Positions 1-8,229 of a stretch of DNA of 31,918 bases are shown in pieces. Numbering within the stretch: position 1 is the first letter of the stretch; each line of letters starts with the position of its first letter. Source of the DNA: Polyangiales bacterium (lineage in GTDB: Bacteria > Myxococcota_A > Polyangia > Polyangiales > Houyiibacteriaceae); assembly GCA_045106895.1 (NCBI GenBank), contig JBGCFM010000117.1:1-31918 (forward strand), read 5' to 3'. A program made the translations under genes and the position numbers. The notes beneath the pieces were generated by a model. It was not told the origin of the DNA. It searched no databases and saw nothing but the letters and a program-made list of their open reading frames with translations.

Positions 1-780
1 CGCGATCAGCTCTTCCGCAAGACTCCTTCCGTCGTCCTGACGAGCGCGACGCTCACCACCGCCGGCGACTTTGACTTCATCAAGGGTCGGCTCGGTCTCG
101 AGTTTGAAGTCGACGAGCTCACGCTGCCCTCCCCATTCGACTACCCAGCCCAGGCGGGGCTCTACCTCGCGCGGGACCTTCCGGACCCACGAGCGCCACG
201 CTACGCGTCCCTCGCCGCGGAGGAAGTCCTCGCGCTCTGCGACATCACCGGCGGAGGCGCCTTCGTGCTTTGCACCAGCGTCCGGATGATGCGTGCCCTC
301 GCCCAAGAGTGCCGCGCGACGCTCGTCGATCGAGGCCACCGCGTGTTCGTCCAAGGCGAAGCGCCCAAAGCAAAGCTCCTCGAACTCTTCCGCGAAGAAG
401 GCGACGCCGTGCTATTCGCAACATCGAGCTTCTGGGAAGGCATCGACGTTCCCGGGAACGCGCTGCGTCTGGTCATCATCGACAAGCTTCCGTTTCAAGT
501 GCCCTCGGACCCCCTTGTTCAGGCGCGCTGCACAGACCTCGAAGAGCGTGGTGGCAAGCCCTTCATGGACCTCTTGGTCCCGGCAGCGGCGCTCTCTCTC
601 AAGCAGGGCTTTGGCAGGCTCATTCGCTCCAAGAAAGACACAGGTCTCGTGGCGATCCTCGACTCACGCGTCGTCAAAAAGGGATACGGCCGCATCTTCC
701 TGGAGAGCCTCCCGCCGGCGAGTCGCTGCCACTCGCTGGACGAAGCCCGCGCATTTTGGGCGAGCGTCGCGGAGCAGTAG
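1..780 (+). CDS. DinG/YoaA-family ATP-dependent DNA helicase, C-terminal part (5' truncated by the window edge)
   Basis: Frame 1 is open from base 1 (RDQLFRKTPSVVLTSATLTT...SPFDY...). Motifs LTSAT, SPFDY, FWEGIDVPG, IIDKLPF, LKQGFGRLIRS and ILDSR are typical of the DinG helicase C-terminal domain. Confidence 0.93.
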   Translation, partial: RDQLFRKTPSVVLTSATLTTAGDFDFIKGRLGLEFEVDELTLPSPFDYPAQAGLYLARDLPDPRAPRYASLAAEEVLALCDITGGGAFVLCTSVRMMRALAQECRATLVDRGHRVFVQGEAPKAKLLELFREEGDAVLFATSSFWEGIDVPGNALRLVIIDKLPFQVPSDPLVQARCTDLEERGGKPFMDLLVPAAALSLKQGFGRLIRSKKDTGLVAILDSRVVKKGYGRIFLESLPPASRCHSLDEARAFWASVAEQ

Positions 781-794
781 CGAGGCCGGCTGTT

Positions 795-1517
795 TCAGCC
801 AGTTGGCGCAGACTCCGAGCGGCGCACCTGTGCGAAAGCGATCCGCGTTGGGGGATCCGCCGTCGAGCGTAGAACTCGGACCTGCACATCGGCGTCGAGA
901 CCGCGATAGTCCTCGACGCGTTCGTCCATCGTCCGATCCGCCCGAAGCGCCACGGGCAAGCCAAGCGCTTCGTTGTACCGGCACCTTCCGGCGACTCGGT
1001 AGCTGCTAGGACTCAGTACATAGGGCGTCCTCCCGTCGAGGGCCCACCGCATCCGACGCCTGGCTTGTTCGGCGATCAGCGGTGCACCGTACGCTTGAAA
1101 ATACCACTTTCTACCATCGCAAAAGCTCACCGTGACGTAGTCGTGAAACGACACGGATCGAACACGAAACCAAGGTTCGAACTTACCCGCCACGCAAAGA
1201 CCATCGGCGCCAAGGAGCAGGGCGTCCTGTGGTCTGGCAGGAAGAGCCTTGGGTGACGAGGGCGACCTTTCGCTGGGCCAACGGACAAACATGCTCAGGA
1301 TCACGGTGGTGCCGGCAGCCCCAGCCATCGCGCCCACAACCGGAACCCCGGCGAAGAACCCGCCGATGGCGGTCGCCCCGAGGATGCCAACGAGATGGTG
1401 GGCACCAAAACTTGTCGCTTTCCGAGGTGTCTTGTTGACCGAGAGCGTCGAGCGCTTCTTCGTCGGTTTGGTGGTTGTAAACGTGCCGGTCCAGGTTTGG
1501 CAGTGAGAAAGAGGCAT
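795..1517 (-). CDS. Hypothetical membrane protein (TM hairpin, PH-like beta region, helical C-terminus); paralog of 1586..2260
   Basis: 240-aa ORF with a hydrophobic segment (LVGILG...TVILSMFV). Shares MPLS..Q.W at the N-terminus and EALGLP.AL...RV.DYR.LD....RVL.S.AD..TR..F with the neighbouring ORF. Confidence 0.75.
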   Translation of the reverse strand: MPLSHCQTWTGTFTTTKPTKKRSTLSVNKTPRKATSFGAHHLVGILGATAIGGFFAGVPVVGAMAGAAGTTVILSMFVRWPSERSPSSPKALPARPQDALLLGADGLCVAGKFEPWFRVRSVSFHDYVTVSFCDGRKWYFQAYGAPLIAEQARRRMRWALDGRTPYVLSPSSYRVAGRCRYNEALGLPVALRADRTMDERVEDYRGLDADVQVRVLRSTADPPTRIAFAQVRRSESAPTG

Positions 1518-1585
1518 TCGATGAAGGTGCGCACGCCACCCACGATTCCAACTGGGATCCCGTGACGGCGCGTCCCGTCGCGACG

Positions 1586-2260
1586 CTACTCGTGAGACAT
1601 GGGTCGTTTCATCCAGCGCTTTTGAAGTTCGGGACCGCTCGCCTTCACGAACGTCGCACGCGTGTTCAAATCCGCCATCGAGTAGAGCACTCTTAGCTTT
1701 GTAGGGTCATCGAGACGACGATAGTCGCTGACGCGTTTCGCAATGCTCAGGGTGACGTCCAACGCGAAGGGTAGACCGAGTGCTTCGGTGTATTGGTATT
1801 CCTCTAAGACATGTCGCCTACTCGGTCCCCACCGCATTCGGTGGTTTGCTGCCGCGGCCATCTTACGTGCGGCGGGGGTATGGAAGTGCCACTCGCGCCC
1901 GTCAAAGAAGTGAAGCGTGACGTGCTTGTGAACGCCCGCTCGCTTGATGCTGCGCCAAGGGTGGAACGTCCCGAGCAGACGGAGTCCCTCCGCGCCGAAC
2001 GTAAGAACACCACTGGGTCTCGGAGTGATGCGGCGCGGCGACGGGGCAGAGACGTGGTGCCGATGAAGGAGCGCGGCTGTGCCCACTCCTCCCACCAGAG
2101 CGCCCAAGAGTGGTGCTCTCGAAAACGCCATCGTGACTCGGAAGAGCGCCAGGGCCTGGTGAATTGGGAAATCCGGCTTGGGCGGCGGCTCGGCGAGACG
2201 GTCGAGATCTGGGGTGAATGAGTACGAGCTACGCCAAGATTGGGCGGGGGAAAGCGGCAT
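1586..2260 (-). CDS. Hypothetical membrane protein; paralog of 795..1517
   Basis: 224-aa ORF. LTFGAEGL..LGTFHPWRSIK...VTLHFFDGREWHF aligns with LLLGADGL..AGKFEPWFRVR...VTVSFCDGRKWYF of the neighbour. Confidence 0.75.
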   Translation of the reverse strand: MPLSPAQSWRSSYSFTPDLDRLAEPPPKPDFPIHQALALFRVTMAFSRAPLLGALVGGVGTAALLHRHHVSAPSPRRITPRPSGVLTFGAEGLRLLGTFHPWRSIKRAGVHKHVTLHFFDGREWHFHTPAARKMAAAANHRMRWGPSRRHVLEEYQYTEALGLPFALDVTLSIAKRVSDYRRLDDPTKLRVLYSMADLNTRATFVKASGPELQKRWMKRPMSHE

Positions 2261-2423
2261 CCGAGGAAGATGCGGCCGGTTCGGGCCTTCTCCAGTGGGA
2301 TACGGAACTCATCTGTCCCGTCTTGACGCCGATAAGAGCCCGAAAATGCGGGTATTGGCATAGAACTGTCCCGCAGAGCCCGTCCGGGCTATGCTCGCCG
2401 GCTCAACCCGGGAGAATTCGAGC

Positions 2424-4199
2424 ATGGCCGATACGCGGAAGGACAAGCGAGCACCGCTTTCCCTCAAAGTGCGCTTCAAAAGCGCAACTCTAGACGAATT
2501 CGTCGAGCAATATAGCTACGATATTTCGCGCGGCGGCATCTTCATTAAATCGAAGAAGCCGATGAAGGTCGGCACGCTGCTGAAGTTTGAGTTCCAGCTG
2601 AAGGACGAGTCATCGCTCATTCACGGCGTTGGCCGCGTGGTCTGGCGACGGGATCCGGAAGAAGGCGGACCTGCGCCGGGCATGGGCATCAAGTTCATCA
2701 AGATGGACCCGGACAGTCGAGCCTTCGTGCAGAAGATCGTCGACGAGCGTGAGAACGCGCCGGGGACGTTTGATGCCGGCGAAGCAGGCCCAAAGAAAGA
2801 AGAAGACTTCTTTCCAGCGGGGGCTCCTCAACAGATCGATCCAGAAGACCGAACTCAGGTTCGGCACGCCAGCGAGTTCCTCGCCGAAGCGCTGTCCGAA
2901 TCGGATGGCGCCGCCGAAGAGGCCGAAGCTGAGGCCGCCGCTGCGCGAGTTCGTACAGAAGAGATTCAGCGAGAGCGTGAAGCCGCCGAGCGTGAAGCAC
3001 GCGCCGCCGAAGAGCGCGCGAAGGAACGCGAAGCGGAGCAGGCCGCTGCGCGCAACGACGTTGCCGAAGAGAAAGAGGCCGAAAGCGCCAACGAAGAGGC
3101 GGACAAGAAGCCCGCGAAGTCGAGCGAGCCGCCCGCAGCCGCAGCCGCGGCCGCAAAGGAAGCCGACAAGGCCGACAGCAAGCCCAAGGACGACGACAAG
3201 TCGAACAAGGACAAGCCCAGGGACGACAAGCCAAAGGCAGCCGCGGCAGCCGACAAAAACAAAGCCTCGAAGCCCGAGAAGGCCAAAAAGCCAGCGGCCC
3301 CCAAAGCTGCACCAGCCCCCGCCCCCGCGGATGAACCCGGTGGCAATGGTATGGTCATCGGTTTGATCATCGCTATCGCAGCCGCGGGCGGTGGCTACTT
3401 CTGGTGGCAAGGCCAACAGACTGACGACCCGGCAGAGACCGTGAACGTCGAGCCGGAGACGCCGGAGGTGGCGGAAGAGCCCATTGAGGAGCCCGTGGTG
3501 GAGCCCATTGAGGAGCCCGCCGTGGAGTCCGTGACGGCAAGCGTCAACGCAAACGTCGGCGCGGAGATCCTGGTTGGCGGCGAAGTCATCGCCACCATCC
3601 TCGATGAGCCTGTCTCCATCGACATCCCCGCAGAGGGCGCCGAAGTCGTCGCACGCGCGCGCGGCTATCGCTCTCAGACGCTGAACGCCACGGAGGGAGC
3701 TGAGCTCTCCTTCGAGCTTGAAGCCCTTCCTTGGATCGTCCGCGTGACGGCTCTTCCCGAGGGCAGCCGCATTTCTATCGGTGGCCGGGTTGTTCGGAGT
3801 TCCGAGCGCACGTACACGGAAGCCCCAACAGAGGCGATCGTTGTCGCTGCGACACGTCGTGGGTACCTGGCTGCCAACCGAGAGGTCGCCCCAGCAGAAT
3901 TCACCGCCGGCGAAGACGCGATGACAGCGAACATCACGCTGACGCTGCAAGAGCGCCCGACGACGGCGATGACCACGACGACCACAAGAATGACGACGGC
4001 GATGACGACCGCGATGGAAGCTGAACCGGCCGTCATGGAAGCGGTGGAAGCAGTCGTTATGGAAGCAGCCCCCGTTGTCATGGAGGCCGCGCCGGTCGTC
4101 ATGGAAGCATCCACACCCATCGTCATGGACGCTCCCGCGATGGAAGCCGCAACAATGGAAGCGGCGCCCCCGGACACAGTGCCGGACAACCCCTTCTAA
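2424..4199 (+). CDS. TIGR02266-family (myxobacterial PilZ-domain) membrane protein with charged linker, one TM helix, PEGA-like periplasmic region and Met-rich tail
   Basis: N-terminal RKDKR..L.LKVRF...DISRGGIFI...GRVVW...GMGIKF PilZ signature; TM segment MVIGLIIAIAAAGGGYFWW; ARGY/RRGY PEGA-like motifs. ATG at 2424 has GGAG upstream at 2411. Confidence 0.85.
   Translation: MADTRKDKRAPLSLKVRFKSATLDEFVEQYSYDISRGGIFIKSKKPMKVGTLLKFEFQLKDESSLIHGVGRVVWRRDPEEGGPAPGMGIKFIKMDPDSRAFVQKIVDERENAPGTFDAGEAGPKKEEDFFPAGAPQQIDPEDRTQVRHASEFLAEALSESDGAAEEAEAEAAAARVRTEEIQREREAAEREARAAEERAKEREAEQAAARNDVAEEKEAESANEEADKKPAKSSEPPAAAAAAAKEADKADSKPKDDDKSNKDKPRDDKPKAAAAADKNKASKPEKAKKPAAPKAAPAPAPADEPGGNGMVIGLIIAIAAAGGGYFWWQGQQTDDPAETVNVEPETPEVAEEPIEEPVVEPIEEPAVESVTASVNANVGAEILVGGEVIATILDEPVSIDIPAEGAEVVARARGYRSQTLNATEGAELSFELEALPWIVRVTALPEGSRISIGGRVVRSSERTYTEAPTEAIVVAATRRGYLAANREVAPAEFTAGEDAMTANITLTLQERPTTAMTTTTTRMTTAMTTAMEAEPAVMEAVEAVVMEAAPVVMEAAPVVMEASTPIVMDAPAMEAATMEAAPPDTVPDNPF
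3960..4196 (+). repeat. Low-complexity Met-rich peptide repeats (TTAM, then VMEAAPV) at the C-terminus of the PilZ protein
   Basis: TTAMTTTTTRMTTAMTTAMEAEPAVMEAVEAVVMEAAPVVMEAAPVVMEASTPIVMDAPAMEAATMEAAPP; ATGGAA/ATGGAG recurs in the DNA, mostly every 21 nt. Confidence 0.85.
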
Positions 4200-4219
4200 G
4201 AAGTGAAGCGTTCTAGAAA

Positions 4220-5689
4220 ATGAAGTTCAACTTCACGGCGCACGTTCTTACGTGCGCCATTTTTCTTTCTGCGTGCAGCGAACCTGCAGAAAGTCCGCCG
4301 ATCGCTCCGCCGCCTCCCCCGCCGACGGCGCCGGAGTCGATGAGCGCCCACTTCTGCTTCGAGACAAACCAGCTGCGGCCGCTTCAGGGCGCCGTGGACA
4401 CCCCTACGCTCTCGGCGATGATCCCGAGCTCCGCGCGCGATTTTGTGCTCGCGCAGTTTGAGGAAGCACCCGCCGCCGCCCGCACGATCAACGAAAGCTC
4501 GCGCGTCTGTGGGCTGGCGTTTGGCGAGGACGTCATCTTCGCCGCTGAGACAACCCCGGCCTCGCCCCACGCTGCAGGCTCCTGGCATGGAGACGCACGC
4601 CACTTCGGCGATGTTGCGGTCTTCGGCGAGCGTGAGAGGGTCGAAGAAGGCGGAGAGTTCCTCGCGCGCGTTCTCTTCGTCGAAGACGTCGACGCGCCGC
4701 TGACGGTTCACATTGTAAACGGGGTCGTCGCCGATCAGCTCCGCCCCGTCCTCGATGAGGATCTTCGCGCGGCAAGCCAGAGCGCTCGCGCTGCTGCTCA
4801 AGCGGAGCAAGCGTCGCGCGGAAGCGAAGCGGACTTCGGTGACCCTCAGGTGTTCGTGCGCGTCGTGGAGCGGCGTCTTCGTGGGCTTCTGCAATGGCTG
4901 CCCGACGTGGGTGGCGTGCTCATCGAGGTGCGAGGCCAAGGAGGCGCCATTCACGTAGATGCACACATCGACGTCAACGCGGGTTCGCCACTCGCGACTT
5001 TCCTCGCAGGTGCGCCCACGCAAGAGTCCAGCTTCGATCGGCTACCACGCGGCACCGCCCTGGCATATTCGCGGGCCGGCGACGGCGAAAGTGTTTTTAC
5101 GGCGCTCGTCGAGGTCGCCGGTGAGCGAGCGGGCAACGAAGAAGTCCAAGCGCTCCTGGCCCTCGCCGAAGAGATGCCCGCGCCTTTTAGCGTGGCCCTT
5201 GGTACCTCCGGTGAGAGCCCATGGCTCGACTACCAAGGCGCCGTCCCACCGGACGATGATGTGCGGGCGATACTCTCCGGGGACTACGTTCGCTCACTGG
5301 CCGGCGTGCTCTTCGATTGTCCGCGTCCTCCGCGCTCCTGGCCTGCTAGTGAAGGGGACCCTCGGTGTCGACTGCCATCTCTTCGGGTACGTGAGAGCGG
5401 CGCCGCCCTCGGAGATCCGCCACGCGAAGTCGTCGGCGCAGACCCCGACATCGCCAGGTTAGCCGCAGGTGTTCCAGCTTCTCTCGGCGGCCTCTACCTC
5501 GACGTTCTCCGGCTGCCTGCGGCGCTCTCGCTCTTCAACAGCCTGGAGCCTCGTCCGCTCAGCGAAGACCGCGCCGCGCCTATCCTTGGAACGCTTCACT
5601 ACGAGGCCGGCGGGCTGCACCTGCGGGTTCGATGTGCGCCGGGGAGCATCCCCAATATCGTCGATGTGGCGCTCAGCCTGATTCTGTAG
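4220..5689 (+). CDS. Hypothetical lipoprotein
   Basis: 489-aa ORF; signal peptide with lipobox LSAC followed by a Pro-rich linker; no family recognised. Confidence 0.7.
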   Translation: MKFNFTAHVLTCAIFLSACSEPAESPPIAPPPPPPTAPESMSAHFCFETNQLRPLQGAVDTPTLSAMIPSSARDFVLAQFEEAPAAARTINESSRVCGLAFGEDVIFAAETTPASPHAAGSWHGDARHFGDVAVFGERERVEEGGEFLARVLFVEDVDAPLTVHIVNGVVADQLRPVLDEDLRAASQSARAAAQAEQASRGSEADFGDPQVFVRVVERRLRGLLQWLPDVGGVLIEVRGQGGAIHVDAHIDVNAGSPLATFLAGAPTQESSFDRLPRGTALAYSRAGDGESVFTALVEVAGERAGNEEVQALLALAEEMPAPFSVALGTSGESPWLDYQGAVPPDDDVRAILSGDYVRSLAGVLFDCPRPPRSWPASEGDPRCRLPSLRVRESGAALGDPPREVVGADPDIARLAAGVPASLGGLYLDVLRLPAALSLFNSLEPRPLSEDRAAPILGTLHYEAGGLHLRVRCAPGSIPNIVDVALSLIL

Positions 5690-5695
5690 CCGACG

Positions 5696-6484
5696 CTACG
5701 GGAGCGCGCGCAGGACGCAGGAGTGGTCCTCGAGAGACTCCAGCTCCCAGCGTCCAGACGCAGGCCGCACGAGGTGCGCCTCCGCCGTGTCGACGCAAGC
5801 GCCTGCGGCGCCAAGTGGAGACGTCGGCGGCGCCTCGACCCAGGCCGCTCTCGTGAGCGCGTCTCCGTGTTTTGTGGACTCGTGTTTTGCGGAGTCGTGT
5901 TTTGTGAAGTCCTGGCCCGTCGTGCCCCAGGCCACCGCCAAAGCGTCGCTCGAGTCAAGGGCACGCCGGACCACCACACGGTCGCCAGTGCGCTCGACGA
6001 GAGGCGGCAAGACGATGGTCGGCATTCCTCCGAGTTCGAGGAGTCGCGTCCGGTATTCTCCACGCAGCGCGTCGTCGACCTCCATCGCAGGCCCAAGGGC
6101 GAAGTCACGCTCGAGCAAGCCCGGATGGGGCACGCGGGGCTCATCGCAGCTGAGGGGTGCCCAGAGAATATCGATGTCCAGAGTACGGTTGCCCCAGCGT
6201 TCGGTCTTCTTGCGCCGGAACAAACGCTCTAGGGATTGGGTGACCTCAAGCAACTCCGGCATCGGCAGCGTGCACTCGAAGCTCATGGCAGCGTTGAGGT
6301 AGTCGGGTCCCGGCGGCGCATCCTCCCACGTCATGGCCGGAGTGCGCACGAAGGGCGAACGTCGGGTTTCGCCGTTCTCACCGAAGCGCGCCTGCAGCTC
6401 GTTCATCGCCGCGTTGATGAGCGCGAAACGCGAACCCAAGTTGGAACCGAGACCAACGACGACTCTCACGCGTAGTGGCTCCAA
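5696..6484 (-). CDS. folK: 2-amino-4-hydroxy-6-hydroxymethyldihydropteridine diphosphokinase (HPPK) with a C-terminal extension of about 100 aa
   Basis: GLGSNLG, PDYLNAA, RWGNRTLDIDIL and VPHP.LLERDF are HPPK motifs. Confidence 0.92.
   Translation of the reverse strand: MEPLRVRVVVGLGSNLGSRFALINAAMNELQARFGENGETRRSPFVRTPAMTWEDAPPGPDYLNAAMSFECTLPMPELLEVTQSLERLFRRKKTERWGNRTLDIDILWAPLSCDEPRVPHPGLLERDFALGPAMEVDDALRGEYRTRLLELGGMPTIVLPPLVERTGDRVVVRRALDSSDALAVAWGTTGQDFTKHDSAKHESTKHGDALTRAAWVEAPPTSPLGAAGACVDTAEAHLVRPASGRWELESLEDHSCVLRALP
5866..5910. repeat. 3 x 15-bp tandem repeat inside the folK extension
   Basis: CGTGTTTTGTGGACT / CGTGTTTTGCGGAGT / CGTGTTTTGTGAAGT; encodes TKHDS-AKHES-TKHG on the minus strand. 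Confidence 0.9.
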
Positions 6485-6834
6485 GAGCCCGCGCGCGCCA
6501 CGGGGCGCTCTTCGCCATTCCAGCGAAGCATGCCGCCGACGAGATGGTAGACCTCGGTGTACCCACGGGCGACCAAGCGCTCCGCCGCGCGAACGCTCTC
6601 GCGACCATTGCCACAGATGAGCAGCGTCGGAGTGTCGAGGGGATGTGCAAAGCGCTCAAGTTCGGCGAGAGGCAAGAAGAGCGTCTTGTGGATATGGCCT
6701 TGATCGCCGTCCAGATCTTCCGCCGCGAAGCGCACATCGACGAGCAATAGATCGGTCCGCGAGATGACGTCGCCCGGCCGGACCTGGTAGTAGCCCCGCC
6801 GATGCAAGTATGCCTCTGGGATTCGAGCCTCCAT
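6466..6834 (-). CDS. Rhodanese-like domain protein
   Basis: LLVDVR...GHI...LLICGNGRES..AA..L...GY.EVYHLVGGMLRW. ATG 6834 is preferred to 6954 because a TATGCT -10 box lies 8 nt upstream. The 3' end overlaps the folK start. Confidence 0.88.
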   Translation of the reverse strand: MEARIPEAYLHRRGYYQVRPGDVISRTDLLLVDVRFAAEDLDGDQGHIHKTLFLPLAELERFAHPLDTPTLLICGNGRESVRAAERLVARGYTEVYHLVGGMLRWNGEERPVARAGSWSHYA

Positions 6835-6965
6835 GGGCGCGGAGCATAACCTGATGAAGTACAGACCTGACAAACGAACGAAGAGCAGGCGGTTTCGCTG
6901 ACACTTTGTCATGGCGCGCAGGTCCGGTTTTTCCGTGATCTTGCGCGAAAGCATCGATCGGAGGC

Positions 6966-6981
6966 TGGCACTTGATGTGCA
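6966..6981 (+). promoter_or_regulatory. Putative sigma-54 (-24/-12) promoter
   Basis: TGGCAC-TTGAT-GTGCA has GG-N10-GC spacing and nearly matches TGGCAC-N5-TTGCW; predicted +1 near 6992, next to ATG 6994. Confidence 0.55.
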
Positions 6982-6993
6982 TTGTTCTCATGC

Positions 6994-7434
6994 ATGAAAC
7001 GAGCACACCTCCTCCTCGCAGCCGCCGCCATCCTCTGCCTTGGCTGCGTCGCCGCCGTCGCTGATGCCTTGGTCGTCACAGACGAAGAGCGGCTAGAGGC
7101 CTTCGTGGACGCCCTCAGCGGCGAGGTCTCCTCGGAGCGTATTGACGACGCCTTGTCCTTCGCCCAGACCGATCAACTTCCGCTCACGCTTCGAGCCGGC
7201 TCCCGCGAGCGCACCTACGACGATCGCGACGCGGAGCTCGCGCGGCGCATCCGCGAGGGCATCGAGCCCTTCGTCGGGACGGAGGCCGAACTCATCCAGC
7301 ACGATATTCGCGTGGACGGAGACGTAGCCGATGTGCACCTCCGTGTTCGGACGGTCCGCGGGAGCATCAGCGCAGCCATCGAGCTTGAAAAAGTCGACGG
7401 TCGCTGGCTCATCGCCGAGGCCAATCTTCGGTAG
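6994..7434 (+). CDS. Hypothetical exported protein, possibly NTF2/SnoaL-like fold
   Basis: N-terminal hydrophobic signal; LVVTDEERL..FVD..; C-terminal IRVDGDVADV.L...LEKVDGRWLI pattern resembles NTF2-like strands. Confidence 0.65.
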   Translation: MKRAHLLLAAAAILCLGCVAAVADALVVTDEERLEAFVDALSGEVSSERIDDALSFAQTDQLPLTLRAGSRERTYDDRDAELARRIREGIEPFVGTEAELIQHDIRVDGDVADVHLRVRTVRGSISAAIELEKVDGRWLIAEANLR

Positions 7435-7437
7435 CGC

Positions 7438-8229
7438 TCAGCTCTTTGCGTCGAGGGCGCCGACGAGCGCTCCGCGCATCACCTCGAGCGGCGCCGACTC
7501 GCCGGTCCACATCTCGAACGCTAGAGCGCCCTGATGAACGAGCATGCCCAGCCCATCGAGGACCGTAGCGCCGTGCGCTTCTGCGCTCTTCAAGAACGCT
7601 AAAGGGATCCCGTAGGCGAGGTCGACGAAGAGTCCCTGGGTTGCCGTCCACGGAAGCGACGCCACAAACGCGTCGCCATGATGCCAGGAGGCGCTCGTCG
7701 CGTTGACGACGAGGGGCGCGTCGAGAACTGGTGGCCACGACACGACGGTGGCGCCTAGATCCCGCAGCGACTCCGCGGCGCCGGGGCGACGCGCCGAGAC
7801 ACGGACAGCAACGCCGGCCTCGGCGAGACCGCTGACAACGGCGCGGGCAGCTCCGCCGGCACCGAGGACAAGGGCCCGCGGGTAAGAAGCAGCGGGCTTC
7901 GGGAGGCTGCGGACGAAACCCGTCGCGTCCGTATTCGTTCCGTGCCAGCCGTCCGCGCGCCGAATTACAGTGTTCACAGCGCCGACAGCCTGAGCCCGTG
8001 AGTCGACGCTCACGAGCGATTCCATCACCTCGAGTTTGTGCGGCACCGTGACGTTGAAACCGTCAAAGCCCTCGTCCCAGAGCTCTCCGATTGCAGCACG
8101 AACATCGCCCCTCGCGACGCGGCGACGCTCGTACGTCGCATCCAAGTCGAGCGCCCTGAAGCCGGCCTCGTGCATCGCCGGCGACAAACTGTGGTCAACG
8201 GGGTCACCAATGAGCGCGAATCGAAGCAC
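7438..8229 (-). CDS. aroE: Shikimate dehydrogenase
   Basis: LIGDPVDHSLSPAMH, GFNVTVPHK, GAVNT, GTNTD..GF, LGAGGAARA, VNATS, DGLGMLVHQGA.AFE.WTG. Confidence 0.96.
   Translation of the reverse strand: MLRFALIGDPVDHSLSPAMHEAGFRALDLDATYERRRVARGDVRAAIGELWDEGFDGFNVTVPHKLEVMESLVSVDSRAQAVGAVNTVIRRADGWHGTNTDATGFVRSLPKPAASYPRALVLGAGGAARAVVSGLAEAGVAVRVSARRPGAAESLRDLGATVVSWPPVLDAPLVVNATSASWHHGDAFVASLPWTATQGLFVDLAYGIPLAFLKSAEAHGATVLDGLGMLVHQGALAFEMWTGESAPLEVMRGALVGALDAKS

Noticed and set aside
2355..2372. TGGCA upstream of the PilZ gene as a sigma-54 promoter (also TGGCA at 25802)
   Set aside because: No GC at the -12 position; GG-N10 is followed by TC or TT.
2610..3950. 446-aa antisense ORF opposite the PilZ gene (similar shadows at 4196-5023, 19173-20189, 26968-28176)
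   Set aside because: Shadow ORFs expected from high GC3 codon bias; they lie fully antisense to well-supported genes and show no recognisable motifs.
5866..5910. Short tandem repeats (here and at 3470-3525, 3960-4196) as a CRISPR or regulatory array
   Set aside because: Units are contiguous, in-frame and coding, with no unique spacers and no cas genes.
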